A DNA stretch of 64,000 nt from Nannocystis bainbridge (GTDB taxonomy: Bacteria; Myxococcota_A; Polyangia; Nannocystales; Nannocystaceae). Position 1 is the first letter of the stretch. The number at the start of each line of letters is the position of its first letter. This document shows positions 20,388-28,219 of the stretch, piece after piece. The translations under genes and the position numbers were made by a program. The notes beneath the pieces are model-generated. The model had not been told where the DNA came from. It saw only the letters and a list, made by a program, of their open reading frames with translations, and did no database searches. The DNA is taken from positions 1,888,001 through 1,952,000 of the forward strand of contig NZ_JAQNDL010000003.1 in the NCBI RefSeq assembly GCF_028368995.1, in the 5' to 3' direction.

Positions 20388-21035
20388 ATGGATACGGATA
20401 CACAAGAGAAGATGGAATTCCTCGGCCGCGAGATCGCCCAGAACCTGGCACGCATGGGCAACCCGGCCGCGTTGCCGGCCGGGCAGACCGAGCCGCCGGC
20501 CTGCGGCCTCGGCGTGCCGACGAGCGGCTGCGACAACCTGCTGTATGCCCCGATCACGGTGGCCCGGTTCCGCCGTGGCGGCCGTACGAACATCGACCAG
20601 GCCGTCGAGGGCAAGATCCCGGTCGCACCCGGCTCTTCCGTCATGTTGTCGCAGGCAGCCTATCCGCCCTGGGCGACCGGCTGCTACATGTTGCGGTACC
20701 GGCTCGCCAACAATGGCAACAACCACGACGAGATCAAGATCGAATGGTTCGTCGATACCGAGCCGCTCGACGCGATCCAGTTCGGCAGCGAGATCTATAA
20801 TGCAGACAATACCGTGATCGGCGTAGGCAAGCTCCCGATCCCGCTCGCCCTCGGCGAGCACTGCTGCATCGGCGGTAACAACCGCCTGCGGGTCCGGATC
20901 TCGCACACGGGCAACGCCAACCAGATCGAGAACATCCGCCTCCACGTCGAGCACGCCAACGCGGTCAAGTGCTGCAGCGCTTGCGCGACCGGCCACAGTT
21001 GTCAGAGCGGGTGCAAGAACTCCGCCGCCAAGTAG
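20388..21035 (+). CDS. Beta-rich protein, candidate capsid or structural protein, Cys-rich tail
   Basis: RBS AGGAG; alternating beta-strand patterns (YMLRYRL, IKIEWFV, LRVRISH, IRLHVEH); ends CCSACATGHSCQSGC. Confidence 0.6.
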   Translation: MDTDTQEKMEFLGREIAQNLARMGNPAALPAGQTEPPACGLGVPTSGCDNLLYAPITVARFRRGGRTNIDQAVEGKIPVAPGSSVMLSQAAYPPWATGCYMLRYRLANNGNNHDEIKIEWFVDTEPLDAIQFGSEIYNADNTVIGVGKLPIPLALGEHCCIGGNNRLRVRISHTGNANQIENIRLHVEHANAVKCCSACATGHSCQSGCKNSAAK

Positions 21036-21043
21036 GAGCCGCC

Positions 21044-21769
21044 GTGAACAAGATCAAGCTCGTCATCCGCGGCGGTTTCGATGGCCAGACTCCCGTCACA
21101 CAGGCCCCGACTTTTCGTTTGGTCGAGGGCTGGGACGAGGCGGAGCTGGAATCCCCGGCGGGGATTCTGCCCGCTGGCCTCTGGGGGCATGTTCCCGCCG
21201 GCGATCCCTACCTTCTCCACGCCTCCTTGCTGACCGTGAATCCGCTCGACCCGCAGACCATGATCGAGGTGCGGACCGGTGCGCCGACGCATACCCGGGC
21301 GCAGTTCACCCCGAGCGCCGACAACCTGCGACTCACGCTCGTTCGTCCCAGCGACGAAATCCGCGTGGTCAGCTCGCCGCAAGGGCTCGTCAAGCTCGAG
21401 CTGCTGGTCGAGAGTATCGGCGGCGTCAACGAACTCGGCTCCCGCCTCTACGAATGGTCAGACGCCGCGTTCAAGGCGCGTGACACCGGCGTCCGCATGG
21501 CCCGCTTCACCGCGAATGCCGCCGTGCCGGGATGGCTCGGCACGCTCCACGTCATCTACGACAGCGTCAACGCCGGCAACCTCACCCTCCCCCCGCGGGT
21601 GATCGTGCCGCTCGACGCCGTCCTCACGGTGACGCGCAAGGGTCCCGGCATACCCACGCTCATGGCCGCCGCAGGTGACTCGTTCGCCGGCGGCGTGATC
21701 GCTCAGGCCATCCAGCGCAGCGGATTCATCATGAACAACGGCGAGCAGTGGACCTGGGTCGCCGACTAA
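21044..21769 (+). CDS. Beta-rich candidate spike or fibre protein
   Basis: C-terminal NLTLPP..LTVTRKG..TL.AAAGDSF.G..IMNNGEQW resembles the small beta domain of phage fibre/baseplate proteins. Confidence 0.55.
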   Translation: MNKIKLVIRGGFDGQTPVTQAPTFRLVEGWDEAELESPAGILPAGLWGHVPAGDPYLLHASLLTVNPLDPQTMIEVRTGAPTHTRAQFTPSADNLRLTLVRPSDEIRVVSSPQGLVKLELLVESIGGVNELGSRLYEWSDAAFKARDTGVRMARFTANAAVPGWLGTLHVIYDSVNAGNLTLPPRVIVPLDAVLTVTRKGPGIPTLMAAAGDSFAGGVIAQAIQRSGFIMNNGEQWTWVAD

Positions 21770-21815
21770 TTCGGGCGCGCGCCGAGACTTCCTCCCCTCT
21801 TCAAGGAGCATCACC

Positions 21816-22562
21816 ATGGCCGTCATCGATAGACATCGCGTCGCCCGCCTCGTGGAGCTGTCGGCGGCCGAGCGCACCCTCAAGGGACCCGAGCGTCAGC
21901 TACGCGAGGAAGACGTCAAGCTGCTCATCAAGGCGGCCTACGACGATGCCACGGACGCGGCGCGCGCCGACTTCATGGCTCGCGTGCAGAGGCTGCCGAC
22001 GAGCGCGTGGCCCTGGTCCGCCGTCCAGCTGGTGGCGCCACGCGGCGGAACGGGCGTCAGCCTCGGGAGCATCGTCGGAGTGCCGAGACCCGCCTTGGTC
22101 CCGGCGCTGCTCGTGCTGATCCGCGGCCAGGCGGACTCGGCTGACCTCGACCCAGGCAATCGGCTCCCCGAGCCGGGTTCGCCCGAGTTCGCTGAATGGG
22201 AGCCGCTGCAGAGGGCGCTCGATACCTGGGACACGCAGACGATCACGAAGTCGATCGGCCCGCAGGGGTGGGTCAGCATGATGGGCAACACTTCCGGACA
22301 GGTCTCGAAGGACACGAACGGCGCGACGAGCGGCGCCCCGGCGCCGTCGCCGTCGCCCGGACCGACCGAGCCCGCGACGAAGGATCTGCCTGCGCCGCAA
22401 CCACCGGCGACGCCGGCGGAGATCACGTGGAAGCACCCCGCCGTGCTCGCGGCGGGGGCCGCCGTCGTCCTCGCCACCGGCGTGGCGGTCTACGCCGTCA
22501 GCCAGAGCCGCAGCCGCCGCGAGCTCGAGGACGTGCTCTCGCAACAGGAGGAGCAGCCGTGA
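21816..22562 (+). CDS. C-terminally membrane-anchored hypothetical protein
   Basis: RBS AAGGAG; Pro-rich linker then TM followed by SRSRR. Confidence 0.8.
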   Translation: MAVIDRHRVARLVELSAAERTLKGPERQLREEDVKLLIKAAYDDATDAARADFMARVQRLPTSAWPWSAVQLVAPRGGTGVSLGSIVGVPRPALVPALLVLIRGQADSADLDPGNRLPEPGSPEFAEWEPLQRALDTWDTQTITKSIGPQGWVSMMGNTSGQVSKDTNGATSGAPAPSPSPGPTEPATKDLPAPQPPATPAEITWKHPAVLAAGAAVVLATGVAVYAVSQSRSRRELEDVLSQQEEQP

Positions 22563-23410
22563 ACCGCGGGATCTGGGTCACGCTGGGCACCGCGCTCGGC
22601 GTCGCGGGCGTGGGCGGGGCGCTCCTCTACAGCCGTCGCGCGAGCGCGGCGAGCCCTCCCACGTTTACACCCCCGTCCGGTCCCGGTACTGGGCCTGCAC
22701 CGGCGATCGAGCTGGCGCCGTTGCCGAAGGCCGCCCACGTCAAGGGCGACCTCTCGTCCAACTGGGGCGAGACGCCGGTCGACCTCCGGCCGCTCTTCGT
22801 GCTGATGGAAGAGGTAGCGAGGATCCCGGGCTCGGCCCGCGTGTTCGCTACGATCTCCTACCGCGAGTCGCGCTTCGTCACGACGGCGCACAACGGCAAC
22901 GCGACCGGCGAGCAGGACGAGCGCGACGGCTCGCGGCTCGCCTACGACAACAACAAGGCGAAGAATCCGCCACTGCGCTACGGCGAGCAGGCCGCAGAGT
23001 TCGGCAGCGGCGGCCTGTTCGGGGCGCTCGCGCCGTACTTCCTGTGGACCGGCGTGCCCGAGGTCGGCAGCAGGGCCCCGCTCCTGAACGCGCCACCCGA
23101 GCTGGTCTTTCAGCCACGTGCCGCGGCCTTCGGCGCTGCCGTGTACATGCAGCGGATCCTGAGGAACTACCGCGTCGACGACATCGCCGACATCAAGGTC
23201 GGCTGGGCCAACCCGTCGCTGCTCGGCAGCGGGCGCGGCGGGACCAAATACCATGACGTCCGCGCCCGGTTCCTCATCGACGCGGTCGCCCTCGGCATCG
23301 AACTGACCGACGCGACGACGATCCCGCCGAAGCTCGACGCTTCGGCATGGCCCGGCGTGCCCGCTGTGTTCGCCGGCCTCGCCGGCGCCCTGCCCAAGGA
23401 GCTCGCATGA
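22559..23410 (+). CDS. Membrane-anchored lytic transglycosylase (SLT/lysozyme-like)
   Basis: N-terminal TM; ATISYRESRF (catalytic ES), GGLFG, P....GAAVYM match SLT motifs. Confidence 0.65.
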   Translation: MNRGIWVTLGTALGVAGVGGALLYSRRASAASPPTFTPPSGPGTGPAPAIELAPLPKAAHVKGDLSSNWGETPVDLRPLFVLMEEVARIPGSARVFATISYRESRFVTTAHNGNATGEQDERDGSRLAYDNNKAKNPPLRYGEQAAEFGSGGLFGALAPYFLWTGVPEVGSRAPLLNAPPELVFQPRAAAFGAAVYMQRILRNYRVDDIADIKVGWANPSLLGSGRGGTKYHDVRARFLIDAVALGIELTDATTIPPKLDASAWPGVPAVFAGLAGALPKELA

Positions 23411-24420
23411 CCCCCGACCTCAGCTGCTACGGCGAGGGCATCCGCGGGCTCGCCGACCTCGTCGGCGATTTCGACCTGCGCTCGCCGATGGACGTGCATG
23501 CCTGGTATCGCGTGGAGTGGCAGGCGATCGCCGAGCTGCTCGGGTTTTCGCAGGAGCTAGAGGCGACGCTCGCCCCGCTCCGCGTCGTCCGCGACCGCGT
23601 GACCGCGACCAACCAGGCCGGCGTCGACGCGTTCGCGCGCTGGCTCCGGGGGCAGCGACCTGGCCTTTCCGACAGCCACGCGCGCACGCAGGATGCCGTG
23701 CTCGCGCAACTCCTCGCAGTGGGCCAAGAGCGGGGCGAGCTGTGGCGTGTGACGGCCGACCCGACGACCCTCGCCGCGGGCGCCTGCTACGACGATGGCG
23801 GCCAGCTCCGCCGCGCGTTCTATTCCGATACGGCGCCGGGCTACTTCGGCGACGGCTGGAACGGCCCCCCGCCGCGGGCAGAGAGCGCGTGCGGCTGGAC
23901 CACGCCGCTCGTGCTGCACCTCGGCACCTTCCCGTGGGTCTACAGCTCGCGGATCGACGGGACCGCCGTGGGAGCGCGCTGGGCCTCGGGCGCGACCATG
24001 CCCGCCATCACCGGCATGCGGGCCATGGCGCGGCTGCTCGAGCCCGGTGGGAACCTCCACCAGGACGCCCGCCAGGTCGCGGCGATCTTTGAGCACTTCA
24101 CCGCCCACACCGCGCCGCTCATCGCCCGCCTGCCGGTCTATCAGTCCGGCCGCGCTGTAGCCGGACATCTCTACCGCCGCGCGGGCTTCCTGTATGTCCA
24201 TCAAGGCAGCCTGCACCTCGCCGGCCTGCCCGGCCCCCGCGGTCGGATCGCCGCACCGGCATATAACTACGCCCTCCGCCGCTTCGCCTGCTTTTTCGCA
24301 GTGCGGCGCGCAGCGCTCCGGGCACTCGTCGCGCTGCCGTCCGACATCCAGCGGATCGCCGAGTGTTCGGCCGACCCATGCCTGCGACGACACGTCGAGG
24401 AGGTGGCTCGTGCTGGCTGA
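23407..24420 (+). CDS. Hypothetical protein
   Basis: ATGA overlap, RBS AAGGAG, 337 aa. Confidence 0.75.
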   Translation: MTPDLSCYGEGIRGLADLVGDFDLRSPMDVHAWYRVEWQAIAELLGFSQELEATLAPLRVVRDRVTATNQAGVDAFARWLRGQRPGLSDSHARTQDAVLAQLLAVGQERGELWRVTADPTTLAAGACYDDGGQLRRAFYSDTAPGYFGDGWNGPPPRAESACGWTTPLVLHLGTFPWVYSSRIDGTAVGARWASGATMPAITGMRAMARLLEPGGNLHQDARQVAAIFEHFTAHTAPLIARLPVYQSGRAVAGHLYRRAGFLYVHQGSLHLAGLPGPRGRIAAPAYNYALRRFACFFAVRRAALRALVALPSDIQRIAECSADPCLRRHVEEVARAG

Positions 24421-24472
24421 ACGCTGTCCCGATAGCTCGACGGGCGGAACCGCGCTGGTCTACGCTGCGCCT

Positions 24473-24790
24473 ATGAACGCTCGCAACCTCATCGTCCCCG
24501 CCCTCCTGCTCCTCCTCGCCGATAGCATCGGCTGCGAAGAAGACGACCGCAACAGTTTTGGCGAGCCTTGTGCTCCCGAAGTCTGCGACGAAGGCCTCTC
24601 CTGCTACGCAGGCTATTGCGAGGAGGAGTGCGTCGAGGACTCGGACTGCCAGCCCATCGACGGTTGGAAGCATGAGTGTCATGCCGGGCAATGCCAGATC
24701 GCATGTGACGATCAGGGCGCTTGCCCCCAAACCCTGGCCACGCCGCTCGAATGCATCACCGAATGGTGCGCGGCGACGAAACCGGACTGA
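24473..24790 (+). CDS. Small Cys-rich lipoprotein
   Basis: Signal peptide ending SIGC; about 12 Cys. Confidence 0.75.
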   Translation: MNARNLIVPALLLLLADSIGCEEDDRNSFGEPCAPEVCDEGLSCYAGYCEEECVEDSDCQPIDGWKHECHAGQCQIACDDQGACPQTLATPLECITEWCAATKPD

Positions 24791-24792
24791 TC

Positions 24793-26697
24793 ATGCTCAT
24801 CGATCCGAACAGCCGCCTTTTCGACCGCGTTCCAGATCTCTTCGTCAGCCCATTTCCGGGCGCTGACTCCTACGCCGATGATGCCTTTCAGGCGCTGATG
24901 AAGCGCGCGTCCGGGAGCGGCTCTCACTCCGTCGGCCGCGAGCTTCTCACTCGCGCGGGAGGGCAGGCATGGAATAGCGCCACCCAAATCCTTTGGAAGA
25001 CAAAGGCGACGCAGGCAGGCGATCTGATCTCTGATATCTGGTCCAAGGTCTCCTGGATCGACACTCAGAAGGACACCATCGCAGGTGTACTTGCGGAAGT
25101 GCCCTTCGCGTTGACCACGGACCCGGAGAAGCTGGTCGCGTCGATCGCTTCGGTGGCACTCGATGCGGCGCTCGACGCGGTGACGGCGGTCCCCGTCGTT
25201 GGATGGATCGTGGGAATCGTCGCGGGCATCGGGCAGGCGCTCATTCCTTTGTTCGAGGGATTGCTGGATGGGGATCGTGTGCCACCGGAACGCCGAGCCA
25301 TCCTGCCATGGCGGCGGTACAGCAGCGACACTGATCAGCAGTGGGTCCGAGCCTTCGTACAGGTTGAGGCCGCCGGCGTCGACTGGACACCGATGTTTTC
25401 GCCGCCGACCGACGCCCGCCCGTGGGCTCTCGCTGACGGCGTGGACGACGAGAGCAACATCATCGGTCAGGTCCTCGCACCGTTCTCGGGCAAGTCAGTC
25501 GCATGGAACGGCGCCTACGGCTGCCTCCCCGGCACCTTCCGTGTGGCCGGCATCCTCCAGTACCGCGGCCGCCCACAGCCGCCACACTCGGCGCTGCGCT
25601 TCTACAACGACGGCACCCTGATCCACCTCTACGGTGACTTCACCCAGACCGGCGACTTCTACCCCTCGCTGCAGCAGCTCGCCGGCACGACCTGGCAGCA
25701 GATCGCGGCAGGCGGCCCCGACAGCTACAAGGTGGACTGCGTCGCGCTCGAGAAGTTGTGGCGCGACTGGTTCAGCGCCCTTTACACCTCCGTGCTCGAC
25801 CAGGGCCACGGGGACTGGCTCCTCGGCTACCTCGCGCGCGAGGTCCACGGCGAGTGGCGGTTCGGCGCCAGCGCCTCCGGTGCCCTACGCCCCGAGGCCA
25901 TGGACGGCACCACCGTTCCCCTGGTTACCCGGGGGACCTTTCAGAACGGGGCGCTGGCGACCCCGCGGTCGCGGACGACCTGCATGTACAGCGACCTCGT
26001 GCTCAAAGACAAACCGCGGACCCAGAGCGGATATCTGCCCCAGAAGTGGTCGCGCGACGCCAAGACCAAGGAATATATCGCGCCGCCGCTGTATGCCCAG
26101 ACCCGCGGGCCCGGCATGGCGTGCGTCCCATGGCCGCCCGGCGAGCTGCTGCTCTCGAAGTACAGGCGGGCCGACGACGCGATCGTGCTCCCGGCCGTTC
26201 GCGCGGTCGCCCAGCTCCAGCGGCGCAGGCTCTCGCGCAGCCTCGACTGCGCCTACGTCCGCCCCGACGCCGTCGGCGACAAGCCGGCCTACGCAGCCTT
26301 CCGTGACGCATCGCTGCGCGCCTATTGCATCGAGATGCGCAAGCGCCTGCTTCAGCACCCGTCGCGGATGATGGTCGAGTACGAGACAGCCCGCGAGGTC
26401 GACCCCGAGTACGCGAACGCCCTCAAGGAGGCCGGCGTGCCGACGAACGCGATCCAGCGCGGAGTGGCCAAGCTCGGGCTGCGCGGCTCCCCCGGCGCCG
26501 AGGCGCTCGACCCGAAGACGCCGGCCCCCGAGCGGCCGGTGCCGCCACAGGGCGGACTACCCTTTGACCCGGGTCCCGAGCAGGACCGCGGCGGCCCCGG
26601 ATGGCTCGGCCCCGCGGTGCTCGGCGGCGCCGCGCTCGCCACGACGATCGCCGTCGCGGTCGGCGTCGCGCGGAGCAGAAGAGCCAATGCACGATAG
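24793..26697 (+). CDS. Large C-terminally membrane-anchored hypothetical protein
   Basis: 634 aa; internal AVPVVGWIVGIVAGIG hydrophobic segment; C-terminal TM + RSRR. Confidence 0.8.
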   Translation: MLIDPNSRLFDRVPDLFVSPFPGADSYADDAFQALMKRASGSGSHSVGRELLTRAGGQAWNSATQILWKTKATQAGDLISDIWSKVSWIDTQKDTIAGVLAEVPFALTTDPEKLVASIASVALDAALDAVTAVPVVGWIVGIVAGIGQALIPLFEGLLDGDRVPPERRAILPWRRYSSDTDQQWVRAFVQVEAAGVDWTPMFSPPTDARPWALADGVDDESNIIGQVLAPFSGKSVAWNGAYGCLPGTFRVAGILQYRGRPQPPHSALRFYNDGTLIHLYGDFTQTGDFYPSLQQLAGTTWQQIAAGGPDSYKVDCVALEKLWRDWFSALYTSVLDQGHGDWLLGYLAREVHGEWRFGASASGALRPEAMDGTTVPLVTRGTFQNGALATPRSRTTCMYSDLVLKDKPRTQSGYLPQKWSRDAKTKEYIAPPLYAQTRGPGMACVPWPPGELLLSKYRRADDAIVLPAVRAVAQLQRRRLSRSLDCAYVRPDAVGDKPAYAAFRDASLRAYCIEMRKRLLQHPSRMMVEYETAREVDPEYANALKEAGVPTNAIQRGVAKLGLRGSPGAEALDPKTPAPERPVPPQGGLPFDPGPEQDRGGPGWLGPAVLGGAALATTIAVAVGVARSRRANAR

Positions 26698-26708
26698 GGA
26701 GGTGGAAT

Positions 26709-27560
26709 ATGAAGTGGGGACTCCAGCACGTCAAGGTGACGCTCGAGGAGAGCGAATCAGGGGAGACCGTCGTCATCGAGCAGAGCTCGGATGGCCGCGT
26801 CACTTGTGAACGCGGGAAGCAGAGCAAGTCCGAACGCGCGGCGAACCAGGCGCCCCGCGTGGCCAAGACCACGGCCGAGGCGCCCACCGCGGCCCCAACC
26901 AAGCGCGCAGCCGAGAAGCCGCGCGAGGGAGAGACACGCGCCGCGAAGGACAAACCGAGGGCCAAGGCCGCGGCGAAGAAGTCCCCCGCCACCCGCCCGG
27001 CGGGACCGCAGAACGGCAGCCGGCGCACGTCGCTCGAATGGGTGCCGGTCAAAGATCATGAATACGACGGCTTCGCCGCTCCTTCCGGTGCAGGTCAGTT
27101 CAAGGCGCTGATCGCCCAGGATACGCAGTGGGCGCTTTTCTACGAGCTCAAAGGCACCTGGCCCAAACACATCGGCTGCTTCCGCAAAGTCGCGAACGCG
27201 AAGAAGCGCGCCCAGGAGCTCCACGATGCTGGCTGGCCCGAGTCCGAGTTCGGGCCGGTCACGGCGGGCCAGATCGCGCGCGCTTGCCCGACGCCGGCGG
27301 GGAGGGCCGACGAGGAGGCCGAGAAGGGCGAGGAGAGAAGGGCCACGCCCAAGGCCGAGGAGAAGTCAGCGCCCCCGAAGCCCGCGCCAAAGGCCAAGGA
27401 GAAGCCGGCCGGGCCGAAGCCCGAAGAGAAGCCGGCCAGCCCGGAGCCCGAGCCGAAGGGCCCGAGCAAGTCCGAAGCAGCCCAGGATCAGGAGCTGATG
27501 AGGGGCTTCACCAGCGAGATCGAAAAGGCCCTCGACGAGGACGAGGACGAGGACGACTGA
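26709..27560 (+). CDS. Lys/Ala/Pro-rich protein, possibly DNA-binding
   Basis: RBS GGGAGG; KPRAKAAAKKSPA and KPAPKAKEKPA tracts; acidic tail. Confidence 0.7.
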   Translation: MKWGLQHVKVTLEESESGETVVIEQSSDGRVTCERGKQSKSERAANQAPRVAKTTAEAPTAAPTKRAAEKPREGETRAAKDKPRAKAAAKKSPATRPAGPQNGSRRTSLEWVPVKDHEYDGFAAPSGAGQFKALIAQDTQWALFYELKGTWPKHIGCFRKVANAKKRAQELHDAGWPESEFGPVTAGQIARACPTPAGRADEEAEKGEERRATPKAEEKSAPPKPAPKAKEKPAGPKPEEKPASPEPEPKGPSKSEAAQDQELMRGFTSEIEKALDEDEDEDD

Positions 27561-27561
27561 C

Positions 27562-27957
27562 ATGTCTCATCAGCCAGGATCCATCTACAAGATCGGCGGC
27601 CGTCGCTACATCGACAGCCAGGCCGTCTACAACCTCGCCGATGCCCACGAGGTCGTCGCGCAGCATGACGGCTGGCGCGTGATGCTCGGCGCGGGCGCGG
27701 TCCATTGTGCCCGCGTCGAGGATCGCCCCGAGCTGCCGCGTCAGCGCGGCGCCCTCTACGAGCTTTCCGCCGCGGGCGGTGCGAGCCTCAAGGCCCAGCG
27801 AGCCACGTGGCTCTCCCAGGGCCTCGTCCAGCCCGGCGGCACCTTCGACGCCTGGCCCGGCGGCCCGCCGGCGAAACCCGGCTGCGGCGGCTGCGGCAAG
27901 ACCTGCGGCTGCGGCCCCTGCCGCCTCGAGCACGACACTGGCGAAGAGCATTCGTAG
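27562..27957 (+). CDS. Hypothetical protein with Cys-rich tail
   Basis: Ends CGGCGKTCGCGPC. Confidence 0.7.
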   Translation: MSHQPGSIYKIGGRRYIDSQAVYNLADAHEVVAQHDGWRVMLGAGAVHCARVEDRPELPRQRGALYELSAAGGASLKAQRATWLSQGLVQPGGTFDAWPGGPPAKPGCGGCGKTCGCGPCRLEHDTGEEHS

Positions 27958-27966
27958 GAGAGACCT

Positions 27967-28182
27967 GTGAAGCCCGCCGAGCTCCTCAAGATCGTCTTGC
28001 CGCGCTGGCGCGCGAAGATGTCGCGGCAGTTCTCGCTGGCGACGCTCGATGGCTTTGTCCGTCGAAACCGCGCCACGCTCGAGGAACTCGTCGCGCGCGC
28101 GCTCGCAGATCGCCAGGTCACGTGCGGTGCATTGCCGGAGACTCCCGAGGAGTTCGCCGCTTACCTCGCACGCGCCGCCTGA
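27967..28182 (+). CDS. Small protein paralogous to the N-terminus of the downstream giant protein
   Basis: RBS AGGAG; LPRWR.K.S......DGF..RNR..LE..VARA shared with the 28220 protein. Confidence 0.8.
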   Translation: MKPAELLKIVLPRWRAKMSRQFSLATLDGFVRRNRATLEELVARALADRQVTCGALPETPEEFAAYLARAA

Positions 28183-28219
28183 CTGCCGTCGATCGCCTCC
28201 CTCGCATACGGAGATCCTC

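Noticed and set aside
28049-28219. Longer N-terminus for the giant helicase given in the ORF track
   Set aside because: Overlaps the 27967-28182 gene; RBS and paralog alignment support ATG 28220.
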